The position numbers and the translations under genes were made by a program. A stretch of 64,000 nt of DNA from Tubulanus polymorphus (taxonomy: Eukaryota; Animalia; Nemertea): positions 26,994,560-27,058,559 of the forward strand of contig NC_134027.1 of NCBI RefSeq assembly GCF_964204645.1, in the 5' to 3' direction. Below the pieces are notes generated by a model. That model was not told where the DNA came from. It searched no databases and saw nothing but the letters and a program-made list of their open reading frames with translations. Shown here piece by piece: positions 27,990-42,206 of this stretch. The number at the start of each line of letters is the position of its first letter. Within the stretch, counting starts at the first letter, position 1.

Positions 27990-28116
27990 GGGTCAGTTGC
28001 TCAAAAGTTGCTTAGAGTTAACAAGTGGATAGTTTGCATAGTGACAATTAAAAGTTCATTGTTACTATGGTATTTATCCGCCGGTCATCTTTAACCAACT
28101 TTTGAGCAACTGACCC
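27990..28116. mobile_element. MITE family B (PIF/Harbinger-like), best-preserved copy
   Basis: Perfect 21-bp TIR GGGTCAGTTGCTCAAAAGTTG and CAG TSD; other copies at about 5905-6050, 6090-6200, 7616-7756, 17367-17496 and 60845-60948. Confidence 0.85.
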
Positions 28117-28916
28117 CAGAACTAAATAGAACAATCAAAGCTAACCAATTTGGGTCCTGCTTCTTGTCGGACATAATTTGTACTGTGTAATATGTCAAAT
28201 TTTCACTGTTTGTGTCATATTCTTAAGCAATGTTTGTTGTCTTGCTAAAAATAGGGGCACCGGGGATGCTTAAACCCCTGGATTCACCCCTGATTAATAA
28301 CAAGCTAAACTGTTCGCAATCTGTAAGTGGAATATCAGTCTCAGGTTGGAAATCTCTTACAGCGGCTGCTCTTTGAACTGAGGATCGTTACATTTGAATT
28401 CATATTCCTAGCTTTATGAATTCATCAACACTGAAATATGTACAGTGAATCGCGATGTTATTGTGTAGTTTATGCTGAAACTTTTCTTTGAAAAGAACAA
28501 CAGAATTCAGGAAAAAAATGAACAACTGAAATGTATGATATTGAAATTGATTAGACGATGAAGAGTGGTTTCGGGGGGGATCAGTTTAGTTGCGCTGCTC
28601 ACAGGATGAGATTGAAGCATTAGCGGTCGTTGTTAAATCGCGGAATTATCTGATTTTGAATTGACTGAAACTGAGAAACCTTTACAAATCCAATCGTATT
28701 AATGTATTAATCTACTTGAGAACAGATGCTCAAATTCCAGCGATGTCTCAACATGTAAATGATCTTCTCTCGATCCATTACGATCTATCCTTGAACATCT
28801 ACTATTTCATGTTAGACGAATGGTTCCTTTAATGCAGAGGGCACCGATTTTTCTAACAAACTTTTCTTCTTGTATAAGAAAAAGCGTTTCCTATCAGTGT
28901 CAGTAGTTTTTCTCGA

Positions 28917-28971
28917 AGCAGCAGCAGCAGCAGCAGCAGCAGACGTCGTCAGTGGTGGTGGTGGTGGTGGT
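28917..28971. repeat. (CAG)8 followed by (GGT)6
   Basis: Direct reading; other CAG/CTG tracts at 3162-3186, 20286-20313 and 34302-34321. Confidence 0.9.
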
Positions 28972-29429
28972 ATAAGGGTAGCCAGGATTAATAGAATGCC
29001 AGCGAACAAACGAGCGCGACCAGTTTGGGAACATCGCCTCCTGCAGAATGTGTATGACACAGTGTAACACCAGCTCAAGACAGCCTTAATTCACAAGTGT
29101 AGAGAATGTGAAAGGTTTTTCATGTAACGGGACACCTGACAAAGTCTCAGATAGATGGACTCAAACATACTGTCAGTTCACATCACAATTAATACACATT
29201 CAACCATAAATAACTGTATTCAAACTATAGTTTACCACTTTGTATCGGTGGATGGTGGATGGGGGTTGATGTTTGGATAACTAAGGGGCGAGTAACAGAA
29301 GTAACATGTGTATCTAGAAACCGAGCATGTTTCTCATATTATACACCTCTCTCTCGGTGCAGTTCCCTGACAAATTAGAAAAACCTGTTTCAGCTACTTA
29401 TCTCATTAAACTACACTTAGACATGATTA

Positions 29430-29845
29430 CTGATACATAACCCACACCATTACCATAGGCCTACCACTGACTGACCACCATAACCATACCACTGACTGAC
29501 CACCATACCACTGATACACCACCATAACCATACCACTGATACACCACCGTACCACTGACTGACCACCTTACCACTGACTGACCACCATAACCATACCACT
29601 GATACACCACCGTACCACTGATACACCACCATAACCATATCACTGATACACCACCATAACTATACCACTGATACACCACCGTACCACTGATACACCACCA
29701 TAACCATATCACTGACTGACCACCATAACCATATCACTGACTGACCACCATAACCATATCACTGACTGACCACCATAACCATACAACTGTGACTGACCAC
29801 CATACCACTGACAACTGACCTCAACAATACACTGACAGACCACCT
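29430..29845. repeat. Compound ACC/CACTGA minisatellite
   Basis: Alternating TACCACTGA(TAC|CTG)ACCACC and ATAACC modules. Confidence 0.9.
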
Positions 29846-31289
29846 TAGATTATAGTCAGCAAACCTATAAATCAAACTGAAAGGAAACTTTGGGCAAAAA
29901 ATCAAATTGAGTGAAACACCGTAAAATATAATGTCTAATGTTCTATTACTGAAGTTCTGAAGAGAAGTTTCTGAGACGGGTAAAAAAACTTAGAGAGACA
30001 CAAGTGATTACGAGATAGAGCTGGACCAGCAGGCTGTCAATAGAAAACCTGAATCAATACGAGCTGATACCAACGATTCTTGAGCCAACCTTCTGAACAA
30101 ACTGTATCTGCCATTATTTGCCCGAATGCTTGCATTATTGCGTTGATTCAGCAGTATTCACCTTCAAAAATTACCATACAGCTGATACAATTGTAACAAG
30201 TATAAGTTTTCAAGCTGTGTAACTCTGCGATAGACCAGCTAGTAGTATACCTTACAGCGCGTTATTATATCTCCTAGTCTCAGAACTAGTCTCTTTCTTT
30301 GCCTGATTTTTCAGAATAAAGTTTCACTAACTAAAGTATTGAAATGAAACAGTCTTCGGAAGTTTAGTAGCCAGGGTTTGGTTTTGTCAGTATATCCCGG
30401 TGTCCTGAGGGAACTAGATTTGTTTTTCGAATTCTGAAATGATACCATCCCAAGAGGTTACAAAAAATTTCACCTAAACATGTTTTCAATTTGATTTTTG
30501 ATTCTTTCCTGTGTTTTCTTGATAAGAAACTTAAATCAGTTGTAAACTGGGAGCAACACTAATTGTTGACATGGGCGGGATCTCATATCCTGAGACGATA
30601 CTCTCTTGATTGTGTAAATTGAGCCTTTGAGAGAGGGAGGTGGTACCCTGGAGATAGTGGTAACCCCCCCCCCCCCCCACCCCATGAGATCAGTACAGCG
30701 CGTACTACGCAGTATCCATCTCTATTTTTACCTGATCTACTAGAAATTTGCTTAATTCACGTTTGTCGATTATATTTTTAGTCGTCGGTTTGTGAAATAT
30801 TAATCAGTTTTGATGTAAAAACGTCGTGTGGTGGCAGCGCGTGGCGAGTGGCTACAGCGCCGCCGCTGACGACGCATATCGTACATATGGTTAGCTCCCA
30901 CACGTTAATAACCAAAATTCAATAATATACTCGTGTATCCTGAGAAAATTCAACTCTACTGCAAGAGGTGCGCATTCCAAAAAAATATTCTCTTATTCAC
31001 GCTATTACATTTCATAGAAAAAAAAAGAAATAGATTATTTGAACTCACTTCGGAGTTCGGAAACTTTTTATGTATGTCTATCCTGTAGATATGTTCTAGT
31101 ATCACACTTTGCTGAACCCTGCAGGGATTTTTAAGGAATTTTTTTTTTGTTTTGCCATGTTTTGGGATCAATTAGAAATCGTCTAGCGTGTCCTCGGCTT
31201 AAACTTTTCATCTGTAAAATATGAAACTCAGTTTTCAGTCTAAACGCCTGAATACAAGTTTTAGAATACATGAATCTGAGGAGTTGTCA

Positions 31290-31445
31290 TGATTTTAAGA
31301 TTGAAAATGAAATGTATTTATCCAGAATTAAAATTAGTAATTAATACGCAATGTTTCAGACTCTAGAGACCATCACCAGGTCTGAAACATTGCATCGTAA
31401 TTTTTGATCACGAGTCATGACAAATGAATTTCATTTTTAAAACTT
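31290..31445. mobile_element. Palindromic MITE-like element
   Basis: Perfect 14-bp stem GCAATGTTTCAGAC (31348)/GTCTGAAACATTGC (31380) with imperfect outer arms AAAATGAAAT/ATTTCATTTT. Confidence 0.55.
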
Positions 31446-32149
31446 TTTACATTTGAAAATAGTTTTAATCTCATCAAATTCCACAACTGTGTCTCAGAGC
31501 AGGTTCTACATCGCACAGCCGGTCCGCGCTAGTCCGTCTGCAGCCTCGGTGGTGCACATGCCTGGACGATTGATTTACATCAATTAGGTTATTACGAATC
31601 GCTGTTCACAAGTGCACAGTGATTAGTTCACTAATAAGCACCAATCTGTGGGTGTTTTTACTGTTAGAGAGAGGAAGAGAGGGACTACAACTACGATGGT
31701 TATATATTGACTATTTTAGAATGCACTTCGCTGGATGGAAATTTGTGCACCTGGCCAATTAATTACAATGTATAGGTAGTAATAGACATAATATAGAAAA
31801 CCGATGGAAACTGAAACAGATGACAAATAATTAATCAGTCATCTCTCACACACACACAGAATCCTCTCATTCTCCCTCCCTACATCTCACTCCCTGTTCA
31901 TTCTTGATTGTTCATGTCACAGTCTGAATAATCCTTAAATTAGTGATGTACTAATTAACTATCTACGGTTCTTAAGGATAGCTGTATTGCATCATCTTTT
32001 ATAAGGCTCATCATGTCTAACCCCCTCGTAGCTCGGGGTGGGAGATTCGTTATACTCAATTAATTGTGAATCAGTCGTTAATCCCCCGAGTGTTAAGTTT
32101 GAAGCCTTTGGGTGCTCGTGCTTAACACTGGACACTCAACTTAGACACC

Positions 32150-32392
32150 GGGTACAACCAGGGATAGGTGTACATCGCCGGTCTACAACCAGGGGTAGGT
32201 GTACATCCCCGTGATACAACCAGGGGTAGGTGTACATCCCCGTGATACAACCTGGGTTAGGCGTACATCCCCTGGGTACAATCATGGGTAGGTGTACATC
32301 ACCTTGGTACAATCAGGGATAAATGCACATCTGGGTATTACCGGGGATAGGTGCACATGCCCTGGGTACAGCCAGGGGTAGGTGCACATCTG
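32150..32392. repeat. 31-bp tandem repeat, about 8 units
   Basis: TACAACCAGGGGTAGGTGTACATCCCCGTGA. Confidence 0.88.
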
Positions 32393-35300
32393 CTCCTCGC
32401 ACGAAATGGTACGAGACAACTGGAGTTCAAATCAAATTGAAATATAGATTTTTCTCGAAAAACATTAAATATTTCAGTAAGTTGTTGTTAGTATTTGATA
32501 GAACAGGTAAGATGGCACAGTTTACTATTATTCTCTCAGTCTGGGATACACAACATAAGGGTGTTTAATTGTTGATGGAATTATGCGGCTTTTGTTTGCC
32601 GGGTATGTGTACGATTCTTGTGAAGTTACCAGTTGTTCCATTCAACTAGGAATATTAAATCACCCTCGAGTCACATCAATGTTTCATTGCAATAGTATCT
32701 GTATCAGATATCGTGTTGCCTCCTGCAAGCGAAGTCTGAGGCCCTCTCACTCTTCATTTTACTCATTTCTGGTTACAATAAAATCCCTGCGCACTAAGAG
32801 TGAAATAGAGTCTGAAATGCTTCCTTGAGCTGTGATCATTTATGAGTTGTTTATATCTCTAAATTCTGTCACAATATTCTATTCCTGAAGATGACTATTA
32901 GGTGAGTTCAATGAAACTTTTTGGACTCTTTTTATTTTTAGTGTGCAGGGATTTTATATCATCGTTACAATGCAGACTCGGAGTGTTGTTTCATCAATGG
33001 TTTTCTGGTTAAATTTGATTTGTTTTTTTGTTTTCAAAGTTCAAGCCATTTTAGAATGAGTTATCGTTGATGAATTCGAGAAGATATTTGAGAAATTATA
33101 AACGGTTGATGGTCGTTTGGACCAGGTGTGAATTCACCCATGGGAATTTAACATGGAGCTCAGTGTCGATTCATCTTTAAAATCAATCGTTGTTTTCATT
33201 CTAAAACACGGGTCGGATCTGATTCAAACATGGGACTCATCTGATTCAAACACGTTGGTTTTACATCCCTTACAAACAGCCAGCATCTCTGAAAAACAGA
33301 AATATCAACTACCAAATTTATGATGATTCCTTCCATGATTGATTCATCAAAATTCATCTTATTTCTTAATTCTTTATCTTTTCTTCGTAGAATATTAATT
33401 TGTACATTGTTCCATAAATTATGTTTTAGGGTGTTTCACTGGACAGCGTTTGACTCAAAAAACCGGGAAATCCATTTGAACCTGGTCACTGCTACGATGA
33501 TGTATGAGGTTCAAATGCAAAACCAGAGGGTTTTAGGAGGTCTTGTACCAGAAAATATGTTATGTTTGTCGCATTATGAAGATTTTAATTCGTCTTTTCT
33601 TATGTCGATTCAGTTGAAAATACTTGTGGAGTTTATAGCTTTCAAAGAATATCATCACAAATCAAATTTAAATCTTTACAGCTTTAGGTTTACAGTATGT
33701 AGACTGTTTTGAAGCCTAATAAGGTCTGGAACTGTAACTGTACTATTTTACCAGTTCTATTCTGTCTCTATTTATTAGTTGAATATGAATGTGATCAAGT
33801 TTTATCAGATAGGCCTATACACACAGTGTGTTTGGTTGGTTTGGCCTCGTTCAATTACTGGTAGTTATCTGTAACTGGCAGGGTAAGGGTGTCTGGACTG
33901 GACAGATGACATATTCAGGTGTTCCCATCTGATAAACACTGCGTCTCATCATCCCCAGCTTCCCCTCACACCCGCCCTGCCTGTCTGACTGACTGCAACC
34001 GTGGCGTGCCATTCATTCATAGAAAATGTGATATGAAAACATAATTTGTTTCCTTGAATTTTTGGATTTCATGAAGCATCATACTGAGGGTTAAGGGGTA
34101 ACTGAAGGTTTGGCATATGTTTCGCATATCCCAGTAGGTGATGTCATTACATTGTTTTTACAGTAAATATGAAATAACAATCATATAAGTGGTCCAGATG
34201 GAATAGAATAACAAGTTAGGCATCTGTTTGTTAAGCGGCTTTGATCAAATGCCATTTAAAATTGTGGGAATTAGATCAACCAGTGGGTTCTGCAATAAAA
34301 CTGCTGCTGCTGCTGCTGCTGGTGACCAGTTACAGTTAGTGGAACCGTGTAGTGTACATCGGTGTACAGGATGGTATTGGTAGAACCACAGTGGACTGTA
34401 CACCCATGTGCAGCTCATCTAACATTCCTAACCGATCTGATACGGTTATGATTACCCTACGAATATCCGTTCTCACCAATATTGTTCAATATCATCTATA
34501 AATTACCTGCTAATAAATGTCAATCTGTAAACCATCAATGTTACAACGAAACATCGGCTTTTTCATTAATAATCACTTTTTAAATACTTCCTGAAAATTA
34601 TTTACGATCCGTGAATGTGCTGCAATAACTGACGAACTCCATTCTTGTCCTGTCAGTCTGGGACCCATCCTGATCATTTTTATTTTGGGAGTAATAGAAT
34701 TATGAAGGTTAGTTACGAGTAAAGACCGGTCTCCGAGTAAAGACAGGGTCTCCGTATAATTCTATAAATGCCATATGAAATTACAGTGATTTGTCTCATG
34801 ATGATTCACAGACAAAGTCTGTTTCTGATCACCTAAAAAAAAAATCGACATTTCTGTGATGCCCGGTAACCATCACCAGCACCACCACCACCACCACGTG
34901 TGGCTGCGCCTTCACAGGGGTAAATATCTGAAATTATTGCTACGTGACTACGTTTTACTGAAACATTCGTTAAGATAATAGTTTGATATTTAGTAAAGGA
35001 AAGCGCTGGAGTGCGTAATGTTGTTTTATTTCTGTTCCGGTAATCTGTTGATAAATAGTACGCATTGCCATGGCAACTGTAACAACAATAGTTGGCTAAG
35101 TGGTAGAATTGTGTGTCGTTGTTTTTCACCTCTGGGTCTATTTTCTTAGTTCCAGTTTTACTGTGATTATCGTTGTTTGTCCAATATGAATAACAGTTTA
35201 CTGTGTAAGTTCAGCTCCCTTAGCCCGGGCTCAGATACAGTTGTGATAATATTCTGATGAACATATGTTGTTTTTTTGGCTGGTATGTTCTGTGAATATA

Positions 35301-38300
35301 TCTGTATTTCTGATCTGTTGGACTGATGTCTGATGTGTGGTAATATCAACATCTGTGGTTCATATCTGATTTGTGCTGCATGATTTAGTTCTCATCGAGC
35401 AATATGGCAACAAAATTCATCAGATATGCTGCTTCAAATGTGCTAAAAGTCTGCAGGTCGGAAGCTTCCCTTCTAAAAAAAACCCCTCCCGTTTTAATGC
35501 GATTTCTTTAGGCGAGGCAAATTGTCTTCTTCAATCTAATAAGAAAAAACCCCTCCAGTCTTAGTACTTTTTCCTTAGGCGAGGCACCCAAATTGTCTTA
35601 TCAATCTAATAAAAAGTTAGATATTGGACATTCCATTAAGAATTTCTGGCGACGCATAATTTTAGTTGGAACGTAGGATAAAAAGCTGAAAAATGTCCCA
35701 ATTTGTAAGATAGGAAAAAATGTCCCACCCTTACTTAGTAATTCAGTAAGTTTCATACCAAAATAATATCGCGCTGACAAACTTAAGTTACATTATACAT
35801 CTTGATGATAAGTGATAAATTATACAGATTGATATAAATGTTGAACTGTGCAGATTAAACATTATTTTCCGTGAATAAGTTAAAGTTGTTCCACCTGTTT
35901 TTCTCTGCTCTTTGTTTGAAGTCTGATTCTAGTTTATTTAAAACGGTGAAATTATAAATTGTGCGTTTTTTTTCTACTCATTTACAAGTTCTGCGTAAAA
36001 GTAACGAAATATCTCTGAATCTCGCCGGTATTTTTCTCTCGTCACTTGAGTTGTGTTTATCGAGTCAAGGATCGAGTTATTGAAATAGAATCAACCACCG
36101 ACTTTATGAATCTTTTGAAGATGATATACATATGGCGAATATATGCATAAACAAAATGGAATATTTTGGTATGAATGAAGTGTGTGGAATTTATGAAATA
36201 TCTCGTAACATGAATAACACGCTCTGTCAGTCTGTGTCTGCGCTGAGCCATATTCATATCAAATATGACCAACTGATATAAATTGTAAGCACCTGTTCTC
36301 ATGAGTGAAGAAGTATTCAGATCTGGAATCTGATATGTTGGATTCCTGTGATGTAATTATCATGTTGGACTAATTATTCACACTGACTGAGACATGTTTA
36401 TGATGTTCCCATCACCTCAAAGATTCCCCGCCTCCATGTTTGGCTACAGCCTTCACACCTGTCTGGATCAGTTACAAATTATACCTCCAACACTTTCTAC
36501 GCGGGTAAAAAACAAATTAGCCCGAGGTCTTTAGCCTCAACTCGTCTGGATACCTCGAATAGGATCGCAGACATTCAGTTCATTTAGTTTCTTAGATAAC
36601 TTTCATTTTTCTATTGCATTTTGGACGAAAAACGAAAATTCATTGTCGGTAAAAATTGCTGACTCGAAATTTATCGACATTGTTGTGGGTAGGACCACGT
36701 GATAGAAATTAGTGAGTTCTGATTGGTATCTGTAAGGAACACAAGTCTGTTGCTCATCATGTTGGCGACTAGTTGCCTGGTATTTGCCTCCCATCTGTTA
36801 GATACAGATGGCCCGGCAAGCTGGCACCAGACAAGCTGTTGCTTATCTTGTACAGATGTTCTTCTCTAGGTGGGAGGGAAGCGAGTACTTGTCTGACGTA
36901 ATAATCTGTCAAAAGTTTAAGTCAGTTATTAGGTATTAGTGTTAGGGATTGATTATTACAAATAGTTTGAACATGCTCGCGTTAATTGATGTTTAATAAC
37001 TGTTGACTGTTGAACAATGGCTAAAAAATTGCTCACAATACGAATAATACTCTTCACAACTGAAACCCTGAATTATTTTACCAACTCTTCACAATCCCTG
37101 AAAAACTACTTCCCACAAACCATGAAAAACGATTTTTGAAATACAAAAAAAAAATACCTGAATAAAAAACTTTTGAAAACAAATTTGTATACGACATAAT
37201 TTGCTAGGTAGATCTGGGTAGTTTCAAATCACAGTAGTTGGGTGGTTACCAACTTGAATGTCTGGACAACTGCAAAACATTTTTTTAAAAAGAAATAGTT
37301 GAAATAATGCAGATGTTCGAGGAATCTGTAGTGATTGTAGTTAGTGATGGTTGTTATGGTAGGCACATGTGGCTAGTTGAAGGGCGACATCGTGGCGCCA
37401 GTAATGTTTTTATTACTAATCACTATACATGTGCCATGTATACCACTGCTATTTATCAGACACCAGCTGCTCAGTACTGTTACTGATGTAACAACTCTTC
37501 AAAACATCATTCCTCTCCTCCCCCTCCTCCTCTTCAGCTTCTTGTCATAAAAGTGTTGTGTACCTCTATACTAGAGTCTGACCACACCAAACACCTACGC
37601 GCCACGGGGGGGGGGGGGGGTCCCGATTGTCCAAATTGTTCATTTCACTTTTTCTCTGACGCTGTTATCAAATTAAGTCAATATTGTTTTGGACATTGTT
37701 TTCTGACCGTTTATTTTCTCTCTCGTGTTTTGTTATTTCTCTATAAGAGATTGCTGTGGTCTGTAAATGGAAATCCGATGTAGGTTAATTAAACTATAGT
37801 AAAAGTTCCACGCGGGACAGAAGACGATTGTTTTATGTGGTGGGTGAGATTTATGAGTTGTTACTGGAGGTTTTGACAAGTGGCGTCAGTAGAACTGTTA
37901 GTCTGGTACGAGGAGGTGTTATCATAACACATACCCGGCTACAATTCAAACTACATGTCAGTCAAACTCTGACACACTCTCAACCCCTTTATTCTACAGA
38001 TTTATTACCGGATTAGAATTAACCCTGCGAGATCTCTAATTATCAAACTGGGCGGGCTGGTCCTAAACAACCAGGGCACCGTTTCAAATTTCTTAGCTAC
38101 TTACAAAACATTAATGATAAAGCTGTTTGTTCAATGAAATGGATCCCTAAACCTTGGAGTAGTCAAAAGATTACTCCAAGACTAAACCTAGCCTAGCCTA
38201 GCCCAGCCATTGGTAAGCAGAAGTCTTGAGTTAATGATAGGAAAATACAAAATGAAGACAGACAAAATGATTCGGTTTTTGGGCGAGAGTAAAGCGAGAT

Positions 38301-40367
38301 TTATTGTACAATATTTTACAACTTGCCTGAACAAACGTGTGACGAATGAAACACTGAAGAAAAAATAAGAATCGATGAAATTGAGGTTTATGAGTTCGAC
38401 AGTATCAAATGTTAATCATTACATGATGATGTATATATTTTTTTATATCTGTGTATGAGTCTAGAACGTTACAGCTGTTGTGGATGGACGGAAGGAAGGC
38501 AGTCTCTCTCTCTCTCCTCTCTAACTCGGGATGTGTTGGCACTCAACCAGTTCGAACCACACTGTTGAGAGTGCCACATCTTGTACATCTTTTATCTCTC
38601 GAAACCTTTCACAAAAATAAACTTTACACAATCGAATTCGACTTCTTTGATCTCACGAGGACGAAACTGGAGATTTAGAATTCTTCACTTTACGCGAAAG
38701 ACACAATTGCGGATTTTTCATCAGAATTCGACCGATTTAGACGAACTGATCAGTTCATTGTTTGACAACATCACGTGGATTATTATTGTTAATATGATTA
38801 TTTATTGTTGGATTATTCGTCGCGCGTAGATCAGTAGTTATAATAATGAATGGTTGGTTTGATTTGAACTGGAAGATATCAAAATGTTCCTTTCTTCACA
38901 AACAGTCAACGAACGGCGTTAGGTTTAAAGGTATGATTACATTAGATTTTTCTCATCGCTTGTTTTTCCGGCGCTCTCGCGAAACCGGCAGCTGAAAAAG
39001 TGTTCATTATTGCAAATTTCTATCAGTTTTAGTGAAACGAGAATTATGTGCTCAGGTGGCCGAGCTCTTTAGTCGTCATTACGTCTTTATGTAACTGCGT
39101 CTAACATATGGTGTCAGCATCTGTGACATAGGTCCAGCATCCGCTGCTCTTTATCGTCGCTGATGAAAGTGATGGACACCATGAATAATTCAATTCCCGA
39201 ATGGAACGAGCTGCTAGCGAGCGGCGTTATAGCTGAAGTCTGAACGTACCGAGAAATTCAAATAAAATATTCAACACGGAAGATTCAGACGTTTATTCAA
39301 TCGTATCGTGTTTGAATCCGCGTTTCTTTTTTCCATTACTTAATTAAGAATGTGCGGATAGCTCGGGTTATTCGTTAGATTTCATTAAATGCCGGCCGGA
39401 CTGTCGCGCGCGCTAGCTCGCTTGTTCGTAAGGAACCATTCAAAGGACCATCGACATAAGTTCTTAGCAGCGGGGAACCCGGTTAGCGTAATCAAATTAT
39501 TATAAACAAATTTGTGAAGATTATTGCTTACGCCAACAAAGGACACATCTGGTGGTGAAGTAAGATATTACAGTTTGCTGACACCAACAGAAGGCATCAA
39601 ATTACATTATCTTTGATTATGCGTATTTGAAAGATGCATTTGCTTCGTCCTATTCGGGTTGAGTCAACATTTTGGTCGTAATGTCTTATGTAAATTATGG
39701 ACTCTTAGAGAGAATCCAGTCGTTGAGTCTTAGAGACTAGAGTCCTATGTGCCAGTTTTCACAATTAATAGTTTGATACGTCCTGCAGAACACATATACA
39801 TATATTCCAAAAAACAATACAATCTTTTGTTTGTTAATGCTATAAATAAGGTTAGATTTTGACTCTGGTTGAGTTGTCTCGTTAGAAATAAAATGAGTTA
39901 ATTTGACAAATTACGATTATGAGATACAATCGTCCTTGCCAGCTGTAAAAACATTAAGTTGAGATTGAATTACCACAATTAATTCTCAAGAATTAATTAC
40001 CACTAATTGTAACTCAGTGAGTTGATTCAAACTCAGGACTCAGTTCCACACAAATCAATGAAACCAAAACTGCGAAAATGAGTCCTGACTTTTTACCTCA
40101 AAGTAGACTATTAAGAGTTCAATGAATAGCGGATATAGAATAATGTGGACAATGAAACTAAAATCCACAGCATCCACTTGGTGAGAGGCTGAGGACTGTA
40201 AGAGAGACAGATGCCGACAGATTGATGGAGACATCCTTCTCTTCCTCTTCCATTCGCATTCCTCTAGACATACATCTGTCACCCTTGGTCGCCGTAGCAA
40301 CGATCCCATCTGCAATAATATTTTGCGAACAAAGAAAAACATTTTATGGCGATTTCTCATGTTTTAC

Positions 40368-40795
40368 GCTCAAGGATAACCGGGTCGTAGACTCTCCCTC
40401 AGAGTCTACCCTCATACAGTCACCCCTCAGTCTCCCCTCACACAGTCACCCCTCAGTCTGCCTCAAGGATAACCCGGTCATAGACTCTCCCTCAGAGTCT
40501 ACCCTCATACAGTCAGTCCTCAGAGTCTCCCTTTAGAGTCACCCTTAGAATCTCCCCTCACAGTCTCCCCTCAGATATCGAATAAAAACCCACAGCAGAT
40601 ACGTAGAAAGGTTTATTTTCTAACAGTTTCGGGGTTATTTCTAGACCCCATAATGGGAGAAACTTAAAAATGTCTCCTCTCAGAGTCTCCTCTCAGAGTC
40701 TCCCGTCAGAGTCACCCCTCAGGCACACGAGGTCTCATCTCTGTTGAGTACGATCGGGTCAAAGCTCTCCCTCAGAATCTCCCCTAAGAGTCTTT
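40368..40795. repeat. 14-bp CCCTCAGAGTCT-type repeat clusters with a higher-order duplication
   Basis: CTCAAGGATAACC...ACTCTCCCTCAGAGTCTACCCTCATACAGTCA occurs twice; further units at 40670-40795. Confidence 0.8.
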
Positions 40796-41599
40796 AAATG
40801 TTTTGCTTACGAACTTTGAAATTTCGATATAAAACTGAAAACCTTTTTGATGACATTTAGAAAATAATTCAAGAGTAAAATCAGTAAAGATTGAACTCAG
40901 GAGAGTTTTTTTGTCATCAATGGATTTATGATATTTGTGGCTATTCACAATCAATAGAGAACTTTAACTGCGTTGTAATTTTGGCGAATGATTCGTCTTT
41001 GTTTTCACGCGTATGAATTATTTTGAAACATATTGTGAATATAATATATGACGTCTATACGCGGCATATGTACTGAGTGTTATATTCAAACTGATCATCG
41101 AGAGAGAGGAGGGCACAACAATATGTGACATGAAATTTGAATGATGCATCTGTTATAGCAGCTGCGACAGGAGCGATAGTTTCAGGCAGGGGGGACACAG
41201 ACAGACACTGCTACGAATTATTCAAATAAAAGATGCCACCTGTGTCAGGATTTATCTCGATTCAGACCTGATTACATTGTGTCTAGTTTTCCTCTACGCG
41301 CTCGCTTTATTAGATCATCATCTGGCAAATTGTCATCGGATTTTTTTTTAAGTTAAACTAAATTTTTGTCGGGGGAAAAAAGGATTGAATTTCGAATTTT
41401 GCGAAAACTCCTCAAATATCTCGATAATCGCTTTTGTAGGATGAGTAAAGTTTGCCCTTACTTCCAAGTATATTTTTTCATTTCTTATATATATTAATTT
41501 AATGATGGCTTATTAGAGATAATGTGAAATTAAAGAGTTTTTACAGTTTGAACTGTATGGATGGTGTCGCTATTGTGGAGGTATCGTTAGCACGTCTCC

Positions 41600-42206
41600 G
41601 CGCCGCGCGGCAGAGAGAGAGTAACACAGCTGACACCAGGTGCTGGCTATGAGAGTAACTAGCTCTGCTCACTCAGTTGTGTGTGAATGCAGGTGGTGGA
41701 TCTCAGCTAGCAGCTGTCCATCGAATTAGTCATTATCAGAAGAACCGCAGAGCAGTGAGGACTGACACACGGACGTGCTCTAGTTCCAGCAATCACGCAC
41801 AGTGGATTTTTCAATCACGCGCGGCGCCGCGGAGAATCAGTCGTTATAATTTGTACTGTACCGGAATTAGGATTAATTACACGATATTACGAAACGAATC
41901 AAAACAATCATTCTCATCGATGGATTAGAACTGGACTGAAAAAGTTGACGAATAGAATATTCAACGGAAAATACAACAGTTAAAATTTACTGGTTTGAGC
42001 GAACGATGAGTGGACTTTAAATGATTTGAAATATACAATATTGTAGTGAACCGCAGTTCATTGTCGAACGCTTACAGATAGTGATGCTTACGATTAACTG
42101 TCAAATTCAAACTCTATCGGATTAAACTAAACAAAGTGATATATAATATTATATATATATATATTATATATAGGAATGAAAGTTTTCCTCATGTAGAAAA
42201 TGACAG
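41600..42206 (+). promoter_or_regulatory. Candidate proximal promoter/first exon with 7-nt coding end (ATG ACA G|gtaaaa)
   Basis: CpG-richer patch, E-boxes at 41627, 41637, 41690 and 41712, Inr-like TCAGTT at 41673; ATG at 42200 with a phase-1 donor after 42206. Confidence 0.45.

Noticed and set aside
28034-28056. TTGCATAGTGACAA resembling miR-153
   Set aside because: Lies inside a family B MITE, diverges after the seed region, and has no precursor hairpin.
28812-29078. Poly-Ala/Gly/Pro ORFs on both strands
   Set aside because: Derived from CAG and GGT microsatellites; no splice sites or homology.
32891-32907. ATG with a perfect AG|GTGAGT donor as another MTG first coding exon
   Set aside because: Phase 2, incompatible with the phase-1 acceptor; at most a non-coding exon. 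The same applies to the donor near 43415.
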